NCBI GenBank assembly: GCA_029939945.1
Contig: JAOZRX010000001.1
Span: 43,384 to 107,383 of the forward strand
Length of the DNA stretch: 64,000 nucleotides
From: Candidatus Izemoplasma sp.
GTDB taxonomy: Bacteria > Bacillota_I > Bacilli_A > Izemoplasmatales > Izemoplasmataceae
Reading direction: 5' to 3'
The notes beneath the pieces are model-generated. The model had not been told where the DNA came from and searched no databases. It was given only the letters and a program-made list of their open reading frames with translations. Positions within the stretch are counted from its first letter, which is position 1; the number at the start of each line of letters is the position of its first letter. The translations under genes were made by a program, and so were the position numbers. Positions 46,894 through 57,034 of this stretch are shown piece after piece.

Positions 46894-47694
46894 ATGAAAT
46901 TAATAAAAAAATTGAATAATAATACTTCATATATTTCTATATGCTTAACACTAATTATTATTGTTGAAATTGTAGGTGTCCCCTTATTCAACAATCAAAT
47001 TGCAACTAGAATGATAGAGGACAGTATTTCTCGAATACTTGGAGGAATTATTTTTATGATAATTCTCATTTCTCTGGGTTATAAAACTATTTTTAATTTT
47101 AAGAGCCCATTCCTAATATCTCTTATAATTATTATTCCAAGTTTAATAATATCAATTAATAATTTCCCTATTATTGCATTCTTTGATGGAAGAGCAGTGC
47201 TCACTGAACCTCTTTATACAATATATATTTATATTATAGAATGTCTCACTATCGGCTTCTTTGAAGAAATAATTTTTCGAGGTTTGATACTTGCTGTACT
47301 TCTACAAAAATTACCTCAGACACAAAAAGGAATTTTTCTAGCTATAATATTTTCTTCTGCTTTATTTGGGATTTCCCATATTGTAAATATATTTGCTGGT
47401 TCAAGTGTTGGTGATACATTTCAGCAAGTAGGATATTCATTTTTAATGGGTATTATGTGGGCAATCGTTTTTTTGAAAACAAAGAATATATGGCTATCAA
47501 TGTTTTTACATGCTACTTATAATTTCTTTGGTCAGATTATGTTTGCACTAGGTACAGTTGATGGTAGATATGATACTATAACAATAATAGTAACAGTATC
47601 TATAGCGATGCTTGTTGCTGTATATATGATATATTTATTACACAAAATAAAATCTGAACAAATTAAAGAATTATATACACCTATGCTTATTTGA
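46894..47694 (+). CDS. CPBP-family intramembrane glutamic endopeptidase (CAAX protease-like)
   Basis: EEIIFRGL, FGISH and HATYNF motifs in a polytopic membrane protein. Confidence 0.85.
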   Translation: MKLIKKLNNNTSYISICLTLIIIVEIVGVPLFNNQIATRMIEDSISRILGGIIFMIILISLGYKTIFNFKSPFLISLIIIIPSLIISINNFPIIAFFDGRAVLTEPLYTIYIYIIECLTIGFFEEIIFRGLILAVLLQKLPQTQKGIFLAIIFSSALFGISHIVNIFAGSSVGDTFQQVGYSFLMGIMWAIVFLKTKNIWLSMFLHATYNFFGQIMFALGTVDGRYDTITIIVTVSIAMLVAVYMIYLLHKIKSEQIKELYTPMLI

Positions 47695-47723
47695 TATAAA
47701 AAAAGATAATATTATCAACAAAT

Positions 47724-47775
47724 AAAAAAGCCCATAAGTTCAAAATAAACTTATGGGCTTTTCTTATTTTTTTTG
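47724..47775. terminator. bidirectional terminator
   Basis: AGCCCATAAGT / ACTTATGGGCT stem flanked by A- and T-runs, between convergent genes. Confidence 0.8.
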
Positions 47776-47795
47776 TCAGTTTAATAAATATCTTC

Positions 47796-49499
47796 TTAGT
47801 TAATTATAGTTCCACTATCTTTTTCAACATAAAAGACATCAGTAATAGTCATTGTTTTGAATGGATCCATTTTAAATTCTTCATTTATTGCTAAAGGTAA
47901 TTGCAAAACATAAAAATCAGTTGTTTCTCTTACGATAATAAAGGGGATATCTAATCCATTATAGGTATATTCATTTGGATTATATACAATTGGACTTGTT
48001 GTGTTAGGACCATAATAACCAACTGCATCAGGGTTTAAGATAATAATCGGATAATGATTACGGTCTTTAAAGCCTAAAGCTTTATCTATTCTGTAATAGT
48101 ATCCTGCAATTTTTTCACCCCAGAAAGCATCACTAGCATATTTATAATTCATACCTTGATTTTTATTTCCGAAGTTTGTTCCAAATGATACTGAATATGA
48201 TGGATCAAAGTAACGGGGTTGTAAAAAGTTTTCAGTATGGTATACAATACATTCCTCAATAGAATCAAAACTCAAAGCTGCATCATAAGGATTAGCGTCA
48301 ACTGCATTGATTCCAAAAAGATTAAATTTTGTTCTAGCAATTAAAGAACCTCCCCATCCGCTTTCATGAATAGCGAAAGATAATTCCATTGCTGCATTAA
48401 TAAAGACATTATCTTGAGCGTTAATAAATTGTTCACCACTATCTCTTAAGACACTAGTTTGTGTAACGATTGAGTTTAAGTAAGTATTTAATTCTTCTGC
48501 AGTATAATTTGTTTTTGAACGGAATGACAAATATTGATAGTAGTTATAATAAGGCGTTTCGTAATTAATTGAATTTTCATATGTTTCATTAGTTAAATCA
48601 TCAGTCATTGTAATGATATCTGTATAAAAATAACGATTATCGTAACTATAGTATTTATGACCTTCTTCTAAATAATTTGGAGCTATATCAATAGGCCCTA
48701 ATAAATGGTATCCACGACTTTCAAGATCATACGAGACATAGTGGTATAGTTCACCTGATTGATTCTCATAGTAGGAGTATGTATCGTTTAATTGAATATG
48801 GGGGATTAACTGTATATCGTTAGTCATAACTTCAAATTTAACACCAGATATCATTCCATAAGTGAAAATGCTATCAGTGTATAAGAATACTGCATCTACA
48901 TTATAATATCCATTAATATAAGTAGTTATCGGGAAACCTGGACGACCTAATATAATTATTTGTGATGGATCAGGATTCTTAAAATTAACTACTCCATATT
49001 TCATAGCGACAACATCATTATTGTATAAAACAACTACATTTGGATTATTGCTTCCATTAATAATTTTTCGAGCTAGTTTTAATGTTTTGTAAGTCCCAAT
49101 TATTGTGAAAGTATCATCTGCATTTGCTTCAGCATATGTGAATAGACATTCACTTTCCCCAAGGTCTTCACAAGTTAAAATATCTTCAGCTTCACAAGTA
49201 TAATGATCAGGTAATAAATTGCAATTAACTTCAACAACTTGGCACTCAGCGTGTTCAGGAGTAACAAGACAATTAACATCTTCGACCTTACAGTCAGCGT
49301 GTTCAGGAGTAACAGAGCAATTAACTTCTTCAATTTGACAGTCGACATGTTCAGGAGTTAATTCACAGTTAACTTCTTCAGTTTGACAGTCAACATGTTC
49401 AGGAGTTAAATCACAGTTAATGTCTTCAACTTTAGGAATAGTAGTACAACTACTTAAGATAAAGACTAAAATAAGGGTCAATAAACCTAATTTTTTCAT
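47796..49499 (-). CDS. lipoprotein peptidoglycan hydrolase (GH73 N-acetylglucosaminidase domain) with Cys-pair stalk repeats
   Basis: Lipobox ILSSC and 5 x 16-aa NCxLTPEHxDCxxEEV repeats. The GH73 motif is AIHESGWGGSLIARTKFNLFGI. Confidence 0.8.
   Translation of the reverse strand: MKKLGLLTLILVFILSSCTTIPKVEDINCDLTPEHVDCQTEEVNCELTPEHVDCQIEEVNCSVTPEHADCKVEDVNCLVTPEHAECQVVEVNCNLLPDHYTCEAEDILTCEDLGESECLFTYAEANADDTFTIIGTYKTLKLARKIINGSNNPNVVVLYNNDVVAMKYGVVNFKNPDPSQIIILGRPGFPITTYINGYYNVDAVFLYTDSIFTYGMISGVKFEVMTNDIQLIPHIQLNDTYSYYENQSGELYHYVSYDLESRGYHLLGPIDIAPNYLEEGHKYYSYDNRYFYTDIITMTDDLTNETYENSINYETPYYNYYQYLSFRSKTNYTAEELNTYLNSIVTQTSVLRDSGEQFINAQDNVFINAAMELSFAIHESGWGGSLIARTKFNLFGINAVDANPYDAALSFDSIEECIVYHTENFLQPRYFDPSYSVSFGTNFGNKNQGMNYKYASDAFWGEKIAGYYYRIDKALGFKDRNHYPIIILNPDAVGYYGPNTTSPIVYNPNEYTYNGLDIPFIIVRETTDFYVLQLPLAINEEFKMDPFKTMTITDVFYVEKDSGTIIN
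49191..49430 (-). repeat. in-frame 48-bp tandem repeat, about 5 copies
   Basis: The repeated unit (TCAGGAGT-containing on the + strand) encodes the NC..TPEH.DC motif. Confidence 0.85.
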
Positions 49500-49512
49500 A
49501 AAATGTCACTTC

Positions 49513-50682
49513 CTATTCTATTTCTTGATTACTTAGTATATACGAGTATCCATTCCAAGCACTAATTAACTCAAATAAAAGGTATTCCCTAATAACTGCT
49601 TCATCTGTATATTCAGCAGGGTCATTAACAAGAGCATACCAAGAATCATTTTCATATTTAAGACCATGTAAAACAATTAAATGTCCAGCAGGATAAGCCA
49701 TAATAGTTCCTTCTAAAGCATTTGATGAACTTGTTTTAATTGATAATACTAAAGGAATATCTTTGGATAAATATGATAATACAGTACTAAAATCATGAAT
49801 ATATTCAACTCTTGAAAAGAGATTCTCAAATCCTCCAGCATAAGATGCATTAAAAGACCAGTTTCCATAAATTGAAGCTCCTTGATCACGGACAAATCCA
49901 GCTACATCACTAGGATTTAAATCTTGGTCATAATAAGCTAGAACCATTGCTAAAGAAGTAGGAGAGCAAATTGAGTTCCCAATAACGGGAATACTCAATT
50001 GTTGTTTAGCAGGTATAAAAACATCATAGTCTAATAATACTGTTTCATCAAATATCCAAATTGAATTAGTGGGGACTGTTGTGAAAGAAAGGTTTTTCAT
50101 CATAAAATTACCATTCTCAAATGTAATTGTGAATGATATTTGATCAAGTGAAATATCTTGACTTATTAAGGTATCAATATTAATTCTAGCGTAATCATTT
50201 ATTTGGTTAGATATTGATGTTTTGTAATTCAAGGTCCAGTATCCTAATATGAATTCCTCACTCATACTATCTTTATTACCTACACTTACTTTGACTCTGA
50301 TTTTAACATCATTATCAATTATAATATTCCACGAAGGGACAAGTTCTTCAAATTGTTCAACAGAAAATATAGAAGTTGTTAAAGACGCTTCTGTGATACC
50401 TTCCTTATATTGAATAACACCATCAACTAACTCGAGACCAACGCAAGATATACTGTTATTCCATAAGAATTCAGCGTTTAAAGTAGACGTGGAATTTAGA
50501 ACTACTAATTCGCTATTTGCTTTACAATTATTATCTTCCACAATGGGATCCTCCTCATCGATTTTTGGATTTTCTTCATTATTTTCGTTAGGAACTTCAT
50601 AAATAATATTAGATGATGTTTCACATCCAACTAAGAGAAAAAATACCATGAATATAACTAGTAAATTATTAATTAGTTTCAT
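49513..50682 (-). CDS. lipoprotein with C-terminal C39-like (papain-fold) cysteine peptidase domain
   Basis: Lipobox LLVGC. GNSICSPTSLAMVLAYY (nucleophile Cys) and AGHLIVLHG (His). Confidence 0.65.
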   Translation of the reverse strand: MKLINNLLVIFMVFFLLVGCETSSNIIYEVPNENNEENPKIDEEDPIVEDNNCKANSELVVLNSTSTLNAEFLWNNSISCVGLELVDGVIQYKEGITEASLTTSIFSVEQFEELVPSWNIIIDNDVKIRVKVSVGNKDSMSEEFILGYWTLNYKTSISNQINDYARINIDTLISQDISLDQISFTITFENGNFMMKNLSFTTVPTNSIWIFDETVLLDYDVFIPAKQQLSIPVIGNSICSPTSLAMVLAYYDQDLNPSDVAGFVRDQGASIYGNWSFNASYAGGFENLFSRVEYIHDFSTVLSYLSKDIPLVLSIKTSSSNALEGTIMAYPAGHLIVLHGLKYENDSWYALVNDPAEYTDEAVIREYLLFELISAWNGYSYILSNQEIE

Positions 50683-50965
50683 TTCATTTCCTCCTTGTTA
50701 TTTGATAATAATATTGTACTAGATGAAAATAATTAATGCAATAGAGTTAAAACTATCAAAATGCACTACTTTAAACCTTTAAAGTGCTTGTTTATATGAT
50801 AAATCAAATAAAGACACATAGGAAATTTTGAATAACATTTCCAAAGTTTGAAAAAAATTTGATATTATTTCAAGACTATTTAACTTAATAATAATTTATG
50901 GTATTTTAAAAGTAAGGATTAATATCTTATTATCTTCTAATAAATATAAACAAAGGAGAATATCT

Positions 50966-52363
50966 ATGAAATCATTTATGTTTAATCAAAGACCAAAAAA
51001 ACTATTACAATTAGACCAAGATTATATTCCAATGATTCTAGCGAATATTGCTTTTGAAAAAGCAGTTAAAGAATCAATTGATTTTGTTCAAGTTAAGATT
51101 GCAATTGAGAGAAGTAAAGGTCAAATTGCGACTCAAATAGCATATATATTCAGTGAAAAAGAGAATCAATTTGACGCTAATTATCGATATATAGAGCGAT
51201 TAGTTAAAACTTTATTATGGCTTAAAGGTGGATGGAAAGTAATATACGGAGGACCAAAAAAACTAGGAATCAAACTTCAATCAGCTTACCAAATTGGTGG
51301 AGATAGAGAATTTGATTTTACTTTTATGGGAAATATATATGAAAAAGAATTTACTTTTAATGTTGTTGAATTAAATGAAGTGCCAAAGACTAACGAACAA
51401 TCGAAACCTTTAGGTAGACATTTAGATGGTTACCGTATTGGATTCGATGCAGGAGGAAGTGACAGAAAAGTTTCTGCTGTTGTAAATGGCGAAGCTATTT
51501 ATAGTGAAGAAGTAGTATGGCATCCTAAATTACAAACAAATCCACAATATATTAAAGATGGAGTATTCGACTCAGTAAAGCGAGCAGCATCGAAAATGCC
51601 AAGAGTTGATGCTATTGGAGTTAGTTCTGCTGGTATCTTTATAGATAACAGAGTTGCAGCAGCATCATTATTTTTAAAAGTACCAAAAGAGTTATTTGAT
51701 AAAGAAGGAAGAAATATGTATTTAGATATTGCCTCAAAAATGGGAGATATACCAATTGAAGTATGTAATGATGGAGACGTTACAGCTTTAGCTGGAGCAA
51801 TGAGTTTGGGAGAAAATAAAGTTTTAGGAATTGCAATGGGGACTAGTGAAGCAGCTGGGTATGTAGATGAATTAGGCAATATTACAGGATGGCTTAATGA
51901 GTTATGTTTTGTACCAGTTGACTATAATCCTAATTCTATCATTGATGAATGGTCTTTAGATGCTGGATGTGGAGTGAAGTATTTTTCACAAGATTCAGTT
52001 ATTAAATTAGCAAAAAAGGCAAAAATAGAAATAGATGATAATTTATCTCCTGCAGAAAAGCTAAAAGTTGTACAAAAACTATTAGTTGAAAATAATGCTC
52101 TTGCTAAAATGATATTTGAAACAATTGGTGTATACTTAGGTTATACAGTTGCATATTATGCTAGGTTTTATGATATATCAAATATCTTAGTATTGGGCCG
52201 TGTAACATCTGGAGAAGCTGGTAATATAATGATAAGAGTAGCAAATAATATTCTAAAAGATGAATTTAACGATTTATACCAAAAGATAAATTTAATTTTA
52301 CCTGATGAAAAAAGTAGGAGAGTTGGTCAATCTATTGCCGCAGCTAGCTTACCAAAAATATAG
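50966..52363 (+). CDS. ROK/ASKHA-fold sugar kinase-like protein with about 150-aa N-terminal extension
   Basis: IGFDAGGSDRK, IGVSSAGI, CNDGDVTALAGA and GIAMGTSEAAG resemble ROK-family phosphate and adenosine motifs. Confidence 0.6.
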   Translation: MKSFMFNQRPKKLLQLDQDYIPMILANIAFEKAVKESIDFVQVKIAIERSKGQIATQIAYIFSEKENQFDANYRYIERLVKTLLWLKGGWKVIYGGPKKLGIKLQSAYQIGGDREFDFTFMGNIYEKEFTFNVVELNEVPKTNEQSKPLGRHLDGYRIGFDAGGSDRKVSAVVNGEAIYSEEVVWHPKLQTNPQYIKDGVFDSVKRAASKMPRVDAIGVSSAGIFIDNRVAAASLFLKVPKELFDKEGRNMYLDIASKMGDIPIEVCNDGDVTALAGAMSLGENKVLGIAMGTSEAAGYVDELGNITGWLNELCFVPVDYNPNSIIDEWSLDAGCGVKYFSQDSVIKLAKKAKIEIDDNLSPAEKLKVVQKLLVENNALAKMIFETIGVYLGYTVAYYARFYDISNILVLGRVTSGEAGNIMIRVANNILKDEFNDLYQKINLILPDEKSRRVGQSIAAASLPKI

Positions 52364-52379
52364 AAAGAAGGTATCATTT

Positions 52380-53228
52380 ATGAAGTTAAATAAACCTACA
52401 GCTGAATTTTATATTCCTGATAATACAAATATTGATAAAGCAATACAAAGAACTACATTAATGGCAATTGGTGCTCATCAAGATGACCTAGAGATTATGG
52501 CTTATGATGGAATCTTAAAATGTTTTCAAAAAGATGATAAATGGTTTACTGGAGTTGTTGTAACTAATGGTTCAGGTAGTGCTAGAGATGGGGCTTATAA
52601 AGATTATTCTAATGATGAAATGATCGAAGTTCGTCGTTTAGAACAAAAAAAAGCAGCATTTACAGGTGAATTTGGAGCATTAATTTCACTTGATTATCAA
52701 AGTAAAGAGGTTAAGGATCCTAGTAATAAAGAAATAATTAAGGAATTAGCTATATTAATCAAACAAGCTAATCCAAAAATAGTATATACTCATAATCTAG
52801 CAGATAAACACAATACTCATTTAGGTGTGGTTACTAAAACTATTAAAGCTATAAGATTACTAGAAAAAAAGGACCGTCCTAAACATTTATATGGTTGTGA
52901 AGTATGGCGTGATTTAGACTGGATGGTAGATAGTGAAAAAGTGAGTTTTGATATATCGGGACATCCTAATTTAGCACTAGGATTAGTGCAAATATTTGAT
53001 TCTCAAATTATTGGAGGGAAGAGATATGATTTAGCTGCAATTGGGAGAAGATTAGCTAACGCAACCTTCTCTTCATCGCATACAATAGATGAATCAAATG
53101 CAATTACTTATGCTATGGATTTAACTCCTCTAATTGAAGATGATAGTCTTGATATCTTAACCTATGTAACTGGCCACATTCATCGCTTTTTACAAGATGT
53201 TGAGAATAAACTTAAGAAAGTATTATAA
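52380..53228 (+). CDS. PIG-L/LmbE-family N-acetylglucosaminyl deacetylase
   Basis: AIGAHQDDLEIMAYDG (the AHPDD-type motif) and HNTHLG. I prefer ATG 52380 (GAAAGAAGG RBS) over the listed 52305, which overlaps the upstream gene. Terminator at 53238-53273. Confidence 0.75.
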   Translation: MKLNKPTAEFYIPDNTNIDKAIQRTTLMAIGAHQDDLEIMAYDGILKCFQKDDKWFTGVVVTNGSGSARDGAYKDYSNDEMIEVRRLEQKKAAFTGEFGALISLDYQSKEVKDPSNKEIIKELAILIKQANPKIVYTHNLADKHNTHLGVVTKTIKAIRLLEKKDRPKHLYGCEVWRDLDWMVDSEKVSFDISGHPNLALGLVQIFDSQIIGGKRYDLAAIGRRLANATFSSSHTIDESNAITYAMDLTPLIEDDSLDILTYVTGHIHRFLQDVENKLKKVL

Positions 53229-53452
53229 AAAGTATGTAAAGCACCTTACTTAAATTTTGTGAGGTGTTTTTTTGTCTTTAATATTGGAAAAATATATCAT
53301 CCTCAAATTGGGTAGGTAATGTAAATAGATTATAATATAATTGAACATAATTTCCCAATACTGAAAAAACAATATAGAATGATTGAATACTCTTTTTTAT
53401 TCATAATATCTATGATATTGTAAAATTGAATAAGTATGTAGAGGTGAACAAT

Positions 53453-54244
53453 ATGAACATAATTACATGTATTAAGCAAGTACCAGCATCATCAAAAGTT
53501 GAAGTTGACCCTGAAACAGGAGTATTAATTAGGGATGGTAATAATGTTAAGATGAATCCTTATGATTTATACGCTCTTGAAACAGCATATCAAGTGAAGA
53601 GTATGAGTGAAGAGTGTCGTATTCATTCAGTAACTATGGGACCCCCAAGTGCTAAAAGCGTCTTAGAAGAAGCATTATATATGGGGTCAGATGAGGCAAC
53701 TTTAATAAGTGATAGAAGATTTGCTGGGGCAGACGTACTCGCTACTGCGTATACTCTAAGTCAGCTAATTGAACATATTCATGATTACGAATTAATAATT
53801 TGTGGAAAACAAACAACTGATGGAGATACAGCTCAAGTTGGTCCGGAAATCGCTGAATTTTTAAGTATCCCTCATGTTCCATATGTTAAGGAAATTATTG
53901 ATGTTAAAGATAAAACAATTTTAGTGAGAAGTGCATATGACGACTATGATGAATTAGTTGAAGTTGCATTCCCGTGTTTAATTACGGTTGAAAAAGGATT
54001 AAATGTACCAAGATTACCTTCTTATAAAAGAAGAATTGAAAAACAAGATTACAAAATTAAAACAGTTACAATGCGTAACTTGAAGGATAAAAATCCAGAT
54101 AACTATGGATTAAACGGTTCACCAACACAAGTTGATGAAATCTTTCCACCAACTAAAAGAACAGATTCGATAAAAATCGAAGGCTCATCAGATGAATTAT
54201 CAAAAAGCATCGTTGAGATACTTCAAGAGAGTCGATTTTTATAG
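53453..54244 (+). CDS. etfB: electron transfer flavoprotein beta subunit
   Basis: MNIITCIKQVP ... CGKQTTDGDTAQVGP is the classic EtfB pattern. ATG 53453 with a GAGGTG RBS. Confidence 0.9.
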   Translation: MNIITCIKQVPASSKVEVDPETGVLIRDGNNVKMNPYDLYALETAYQVKSMSEECRIHSVTMGPPSAKSVLEEALYMGSDEATLISDRRFAGADVLATAYTLSQLIEHIHDYELIICGKQTTDGDTAQVGPEIAEFLSIPHVPYVKEIIDVKDKTILVRSAYDDYDELVEVAFPCLITVEKGLNVPRLPSYKRRIEKQDYKIKTVTMRNLKDKNPDNYGLNGSPTQVDEIFPPTKRTDSIKIEGSSDELSKSIVEILQESRFL

Positions 54245-54252
54245 GTGATATT

Positions 54253-55440
54253 ATGGGTTATATAAAAATAAATCAAGAAAAAATAACAAAAGAAATTGCT
54301 CAAGAACTAATCGATGTTTGTCCTTTCAATGCATTTGATTATATTGATTCAAATTTATCAGTTAATTCTGGATGTAAAATATGTAAAATCTGCGTGAAAA
54401 AAGGACCTGTTGGTACTTGTGAATTAGTAGAAGAAAAGAAAGAAAAAATTGATAAAACAAAATATAAAGGAATTGTTGTTTACATCGAGCAAAGAAACAA
54501 TATTGCTCATCGTGTTTCTTGGGAATTAATTGGAAAAGCTAAAGAACTTGCTTTGAAGACTAAAGAACCAGTTTATGCAGTTGTAGTTGGTAATAATGTT
54601 TCAAAAATCGCAGAGGAAGCTCTGCGATTTGGAGTCGATAAAATATATGTTTATGAAGATGATATATATGAAGATTTCAATGTAGAAATCTATACAAATG
54701 TATTAAGTGAATTCTATGATAAACATCAAGTTAATATCATCTTATTTGGTGGTACAGCACAAGGGAGAAGTTTTGCCCCTAGAGTTGCTGCTAGATTGAA
54801 AACTGGATTAACCGCTGATTGTACTATGTTAGACATCACAGATGAAGGCGATTTATTGCAAATTAGACCTGCTTTTGGTGGTAATATTATGGCAAAAATT
54901 AACACACCAAATCATCGCCCTCAATTAGCTACTATTAGATATAAAATGTTTAATGAACCAGAACTAATTACACCGAATGGTGAGATAGTTCATGAAGATA
55001 GTACGAACATCAAAAAAGAAACAAGTATTAAACTACTTGAAACATATGAAAAACCTCAAGTTAGCGATATTTCAGATGCAGAAATCATTATTGCTTTAGG
55101 ACGTGCATTTAAGAAAAAGAAAGATTTAGATTTAATTGAACCCTTGCGTAAAAGACTAAATGCTGAACTTGCTTGTACAAGACCATTAATTGAAAATGGT
55201 TGGTTTGATGCAAGAAAGCAAATAGGGTTAAGTGGTAGAACTGTTAAACCTAAACTAATTATTAATTTAGGTATTAGTGGTGCAGTTCAATTCATTGAAG
55301 GAATGAAAGAATCGGAATTAATAATCTCTGTTAATAATGACGAGCATAATAAATTATTTGATATTAGCCATTATTCAATTCATGGTGATATCTTTGAGGT
55401 ACTACCAAAACTAAATGATCTTCTAGATCAAATCCTGTAG
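54253..55440 (+). CDS. etfA: electron transfer flavoprotein alpha subunit with N-terminal ferredoxin-like extension
   Basis: N-terminal CP...CKICKIC cluster motif. EtfA core with RPAFGGN, LACTRP and GISGAVQ. Confidence 0.9.
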   Translation: MGYIKINQEKITKEIAQELIDVCPFNAFDYIDSNLSVNSGCKICKICVKKGPVGTCELVEEKKEKIDKTKYKGIVVYIEQRNNIAHRVSWELIGKAKELALKTKEPVYAVVVGNNVSKIAEEALRFGVDKIYVYEDDIYEDFNVEIYTNVLSEFYDKHQVNIILFGGTAQGRSFAPRVAARLKTGLTADCTMLDITDEGDLLQIRPAFGGNIMAKINTPNHRPQLATIRYKMFNEPELITPNGEIVHEDSTNIKKETSIKLLETYEKPQVSDISDAEIIIALGRAFKKKKDLDLIEPLRKRLNAELACTRPLIENGWFDARKQIGLSGRTVKPKLIINLGISGAVQFIEGMKESELIISVNNDEHNKLFDISHYSIHGDIFEVLPKLNDLLDQIL

Positions 55441-56847
55441 GTGAAAAACATGGAATATAAGAAAATGAATCAGCAAGACTTTTTGTTTATTGAAAAAATT
55501 GTTGGAAAAGAAAATACTTCAATAAAAGATGAAATTGAAGAAGACTTAGCTCATGATGAGTTAAAAACAGTATTTTCTTACCCTGAAATACATGTAATAG
55601 TAATTGACAAAACACAGATTATGGAAATCATGAAGTATGCGAATAAGAATCTAATCCCAGTTACTGTAAGAGGTAGTGGAACAGGATTAGTTGGTTCTTG
55701 TGTTGCAATTTACGGTGGGATATTACTAGATACAACAAAAATGAATAAAATTATTGAATTTGATAAAATAAATATGACTTTAAGAGTTGAACCAGGAGTT
55801 TTATTAATGGAGATAGCAGAATGTGTTGAAAAAGACAACTATTTTTATGCTCCAGATCCAGGTGAGAAAAGTGCAACTATCGGAGGGAATATAGCAACAA
55901 ACGCAGGAGGAATGCGAGCAGTTAAATATGGTGTTACAAGAGATTGGATTCGCGGTTTAGAAATTGTTACTCCTGACGGTGAACTTATTACTACAGGTGG
56001 AAAAATAGTCAAGGACTCTTCAGGATATTCTTTGAAAGATTTAATTATTGGAAGTGAAGGGACACTTGGAATTATTGTTGAAGCGACTTTGAAATTAATA
56101 CCATTACCTAAAAAAACTGTTAGTTTATTAATACCTTTTGAAAACAGAGAAGATGCAATAAAGGCAGTACCAAGAGTAATAATGGAACACTCAATCCCAA
56201 CAGCAGTTGAATTTTTAGAAAAAGAATCTCTACGTTTTAGTGAAGAATTTTTAGGTAAAAAAATTCCTAATGCGGACTATAATTCATACTTATTAGTTAG
56301 TTATGATGGGAACACTGATTATCAAATAAGTAGTGACGTAGAAATAATAAGTAATTTATGTGTTAATGAATTAAAAGCTATTGATGTATATTTGGTTGAT
56401 ACAGAAGAAAGATTGGATAGCGTTTGGAGTGCTCGTGGAGCCTTCTTAGAAGCAATAAAAGCAAGTACTACAGAAATTGATGAATGTGATGTTGTTATAC
56501 CAAGATCAAACATTAGTGAATACTTAGAATTCACTCATAATATAAGTGAAGAACTAAATATTAGAATTCCTTACTTTGGCCATGCTGGTGATGGTAATTT
56601 ACATATTTATTTTTGTAAAGATGACCTAACAGAGGAAGAATGGAACAAAAAAATAGAAATTGGATTTAAAAAAATGTATGATAAAGCATTTAGTTTTGGT
56701 GGACTAGTATCTGGTGAACATGGAATAGGTTACGCTAAAAAAGTATACTTAGTTCAACAAGTTGGTTCAAAACAAATAGAAATCATGAAGGGAATTAAAT
56801 ATGCATTTGACCCTAATAATATTTTGAATCCAGGAAAAATCATTTAA
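55441..56847 (+). CDS. FAD-linked oxidase (GlcD / Etf-dependent lactate dehydrogenase-like)
   Basis: FAD-binding PCMH-type motifs RGSGTGLVG and GGNIATNAGG, with C-terminal SGEHGIG. The gene order etfB-etfA-glcD-like is as in lctBCD clusters. Confidence 0.8.
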   Translation: MKNMEYKKMNQQDFLFIEKIVGKENTSIKDEIEEDLAHDELKTVFSYPEIHVIVIDKTQIMEIMKYANKNLIPVTVRGSGTGLVGSCVAIYGGILLDTTKMNKIIEFDKINMTLRVEPGVLLMEIAECVEKDNYFYAPDPGEKSATIGGNIATNAGGMRAVKYGVTRDWIRGLEIVTPDGELITTGGKIVKDSSGYSLKDLIIGSEGTLGIIVEATLKLIPLPKKTVSLLIPFENREDAIKAVPRVIMEHSIPTAVEFLEKESLRFSEEFLGKKIPNADYNSYLLVSYDGNTDYQISSDVEIISNLCVNELKAIDVYLVDTEERLDSVWSARGAFLEAIKASTTEIDECDVVIPRSNISEYLEFTHNISEELNIRIPYFGHAGDGNLHIYFCKDDLTEEEWNKKIEIGFKKMYDKAFSFGGLVSGEHGIGYAKKVYLVQQVGSKQIEIMKGIKYAFDPNNILNPGKII

Positions 56848-57034
56848 TTAATAAATTTCATGTCTACTCTTTTCATAAAAGTAATTCTCCTTTGGAAAGG
56901 CTCGGAAGAGCCTTTTTGATTGGTTTTCTTTGAAATCGGTTAAGCGCTGAAAAAAACACCTCGATTTTACTTACTTTTTTTCACGAAAAATGATATAATT
57001 TATATAGAGATTTAAATTATATCAATAGATTGAG

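Noticed and set aside
51499-51879. 126-aa minus-strand ORF
   Set aside because: It is antisense within the ROK-like CDS. Its P/S/A-rich composition is typical of shadow frames.
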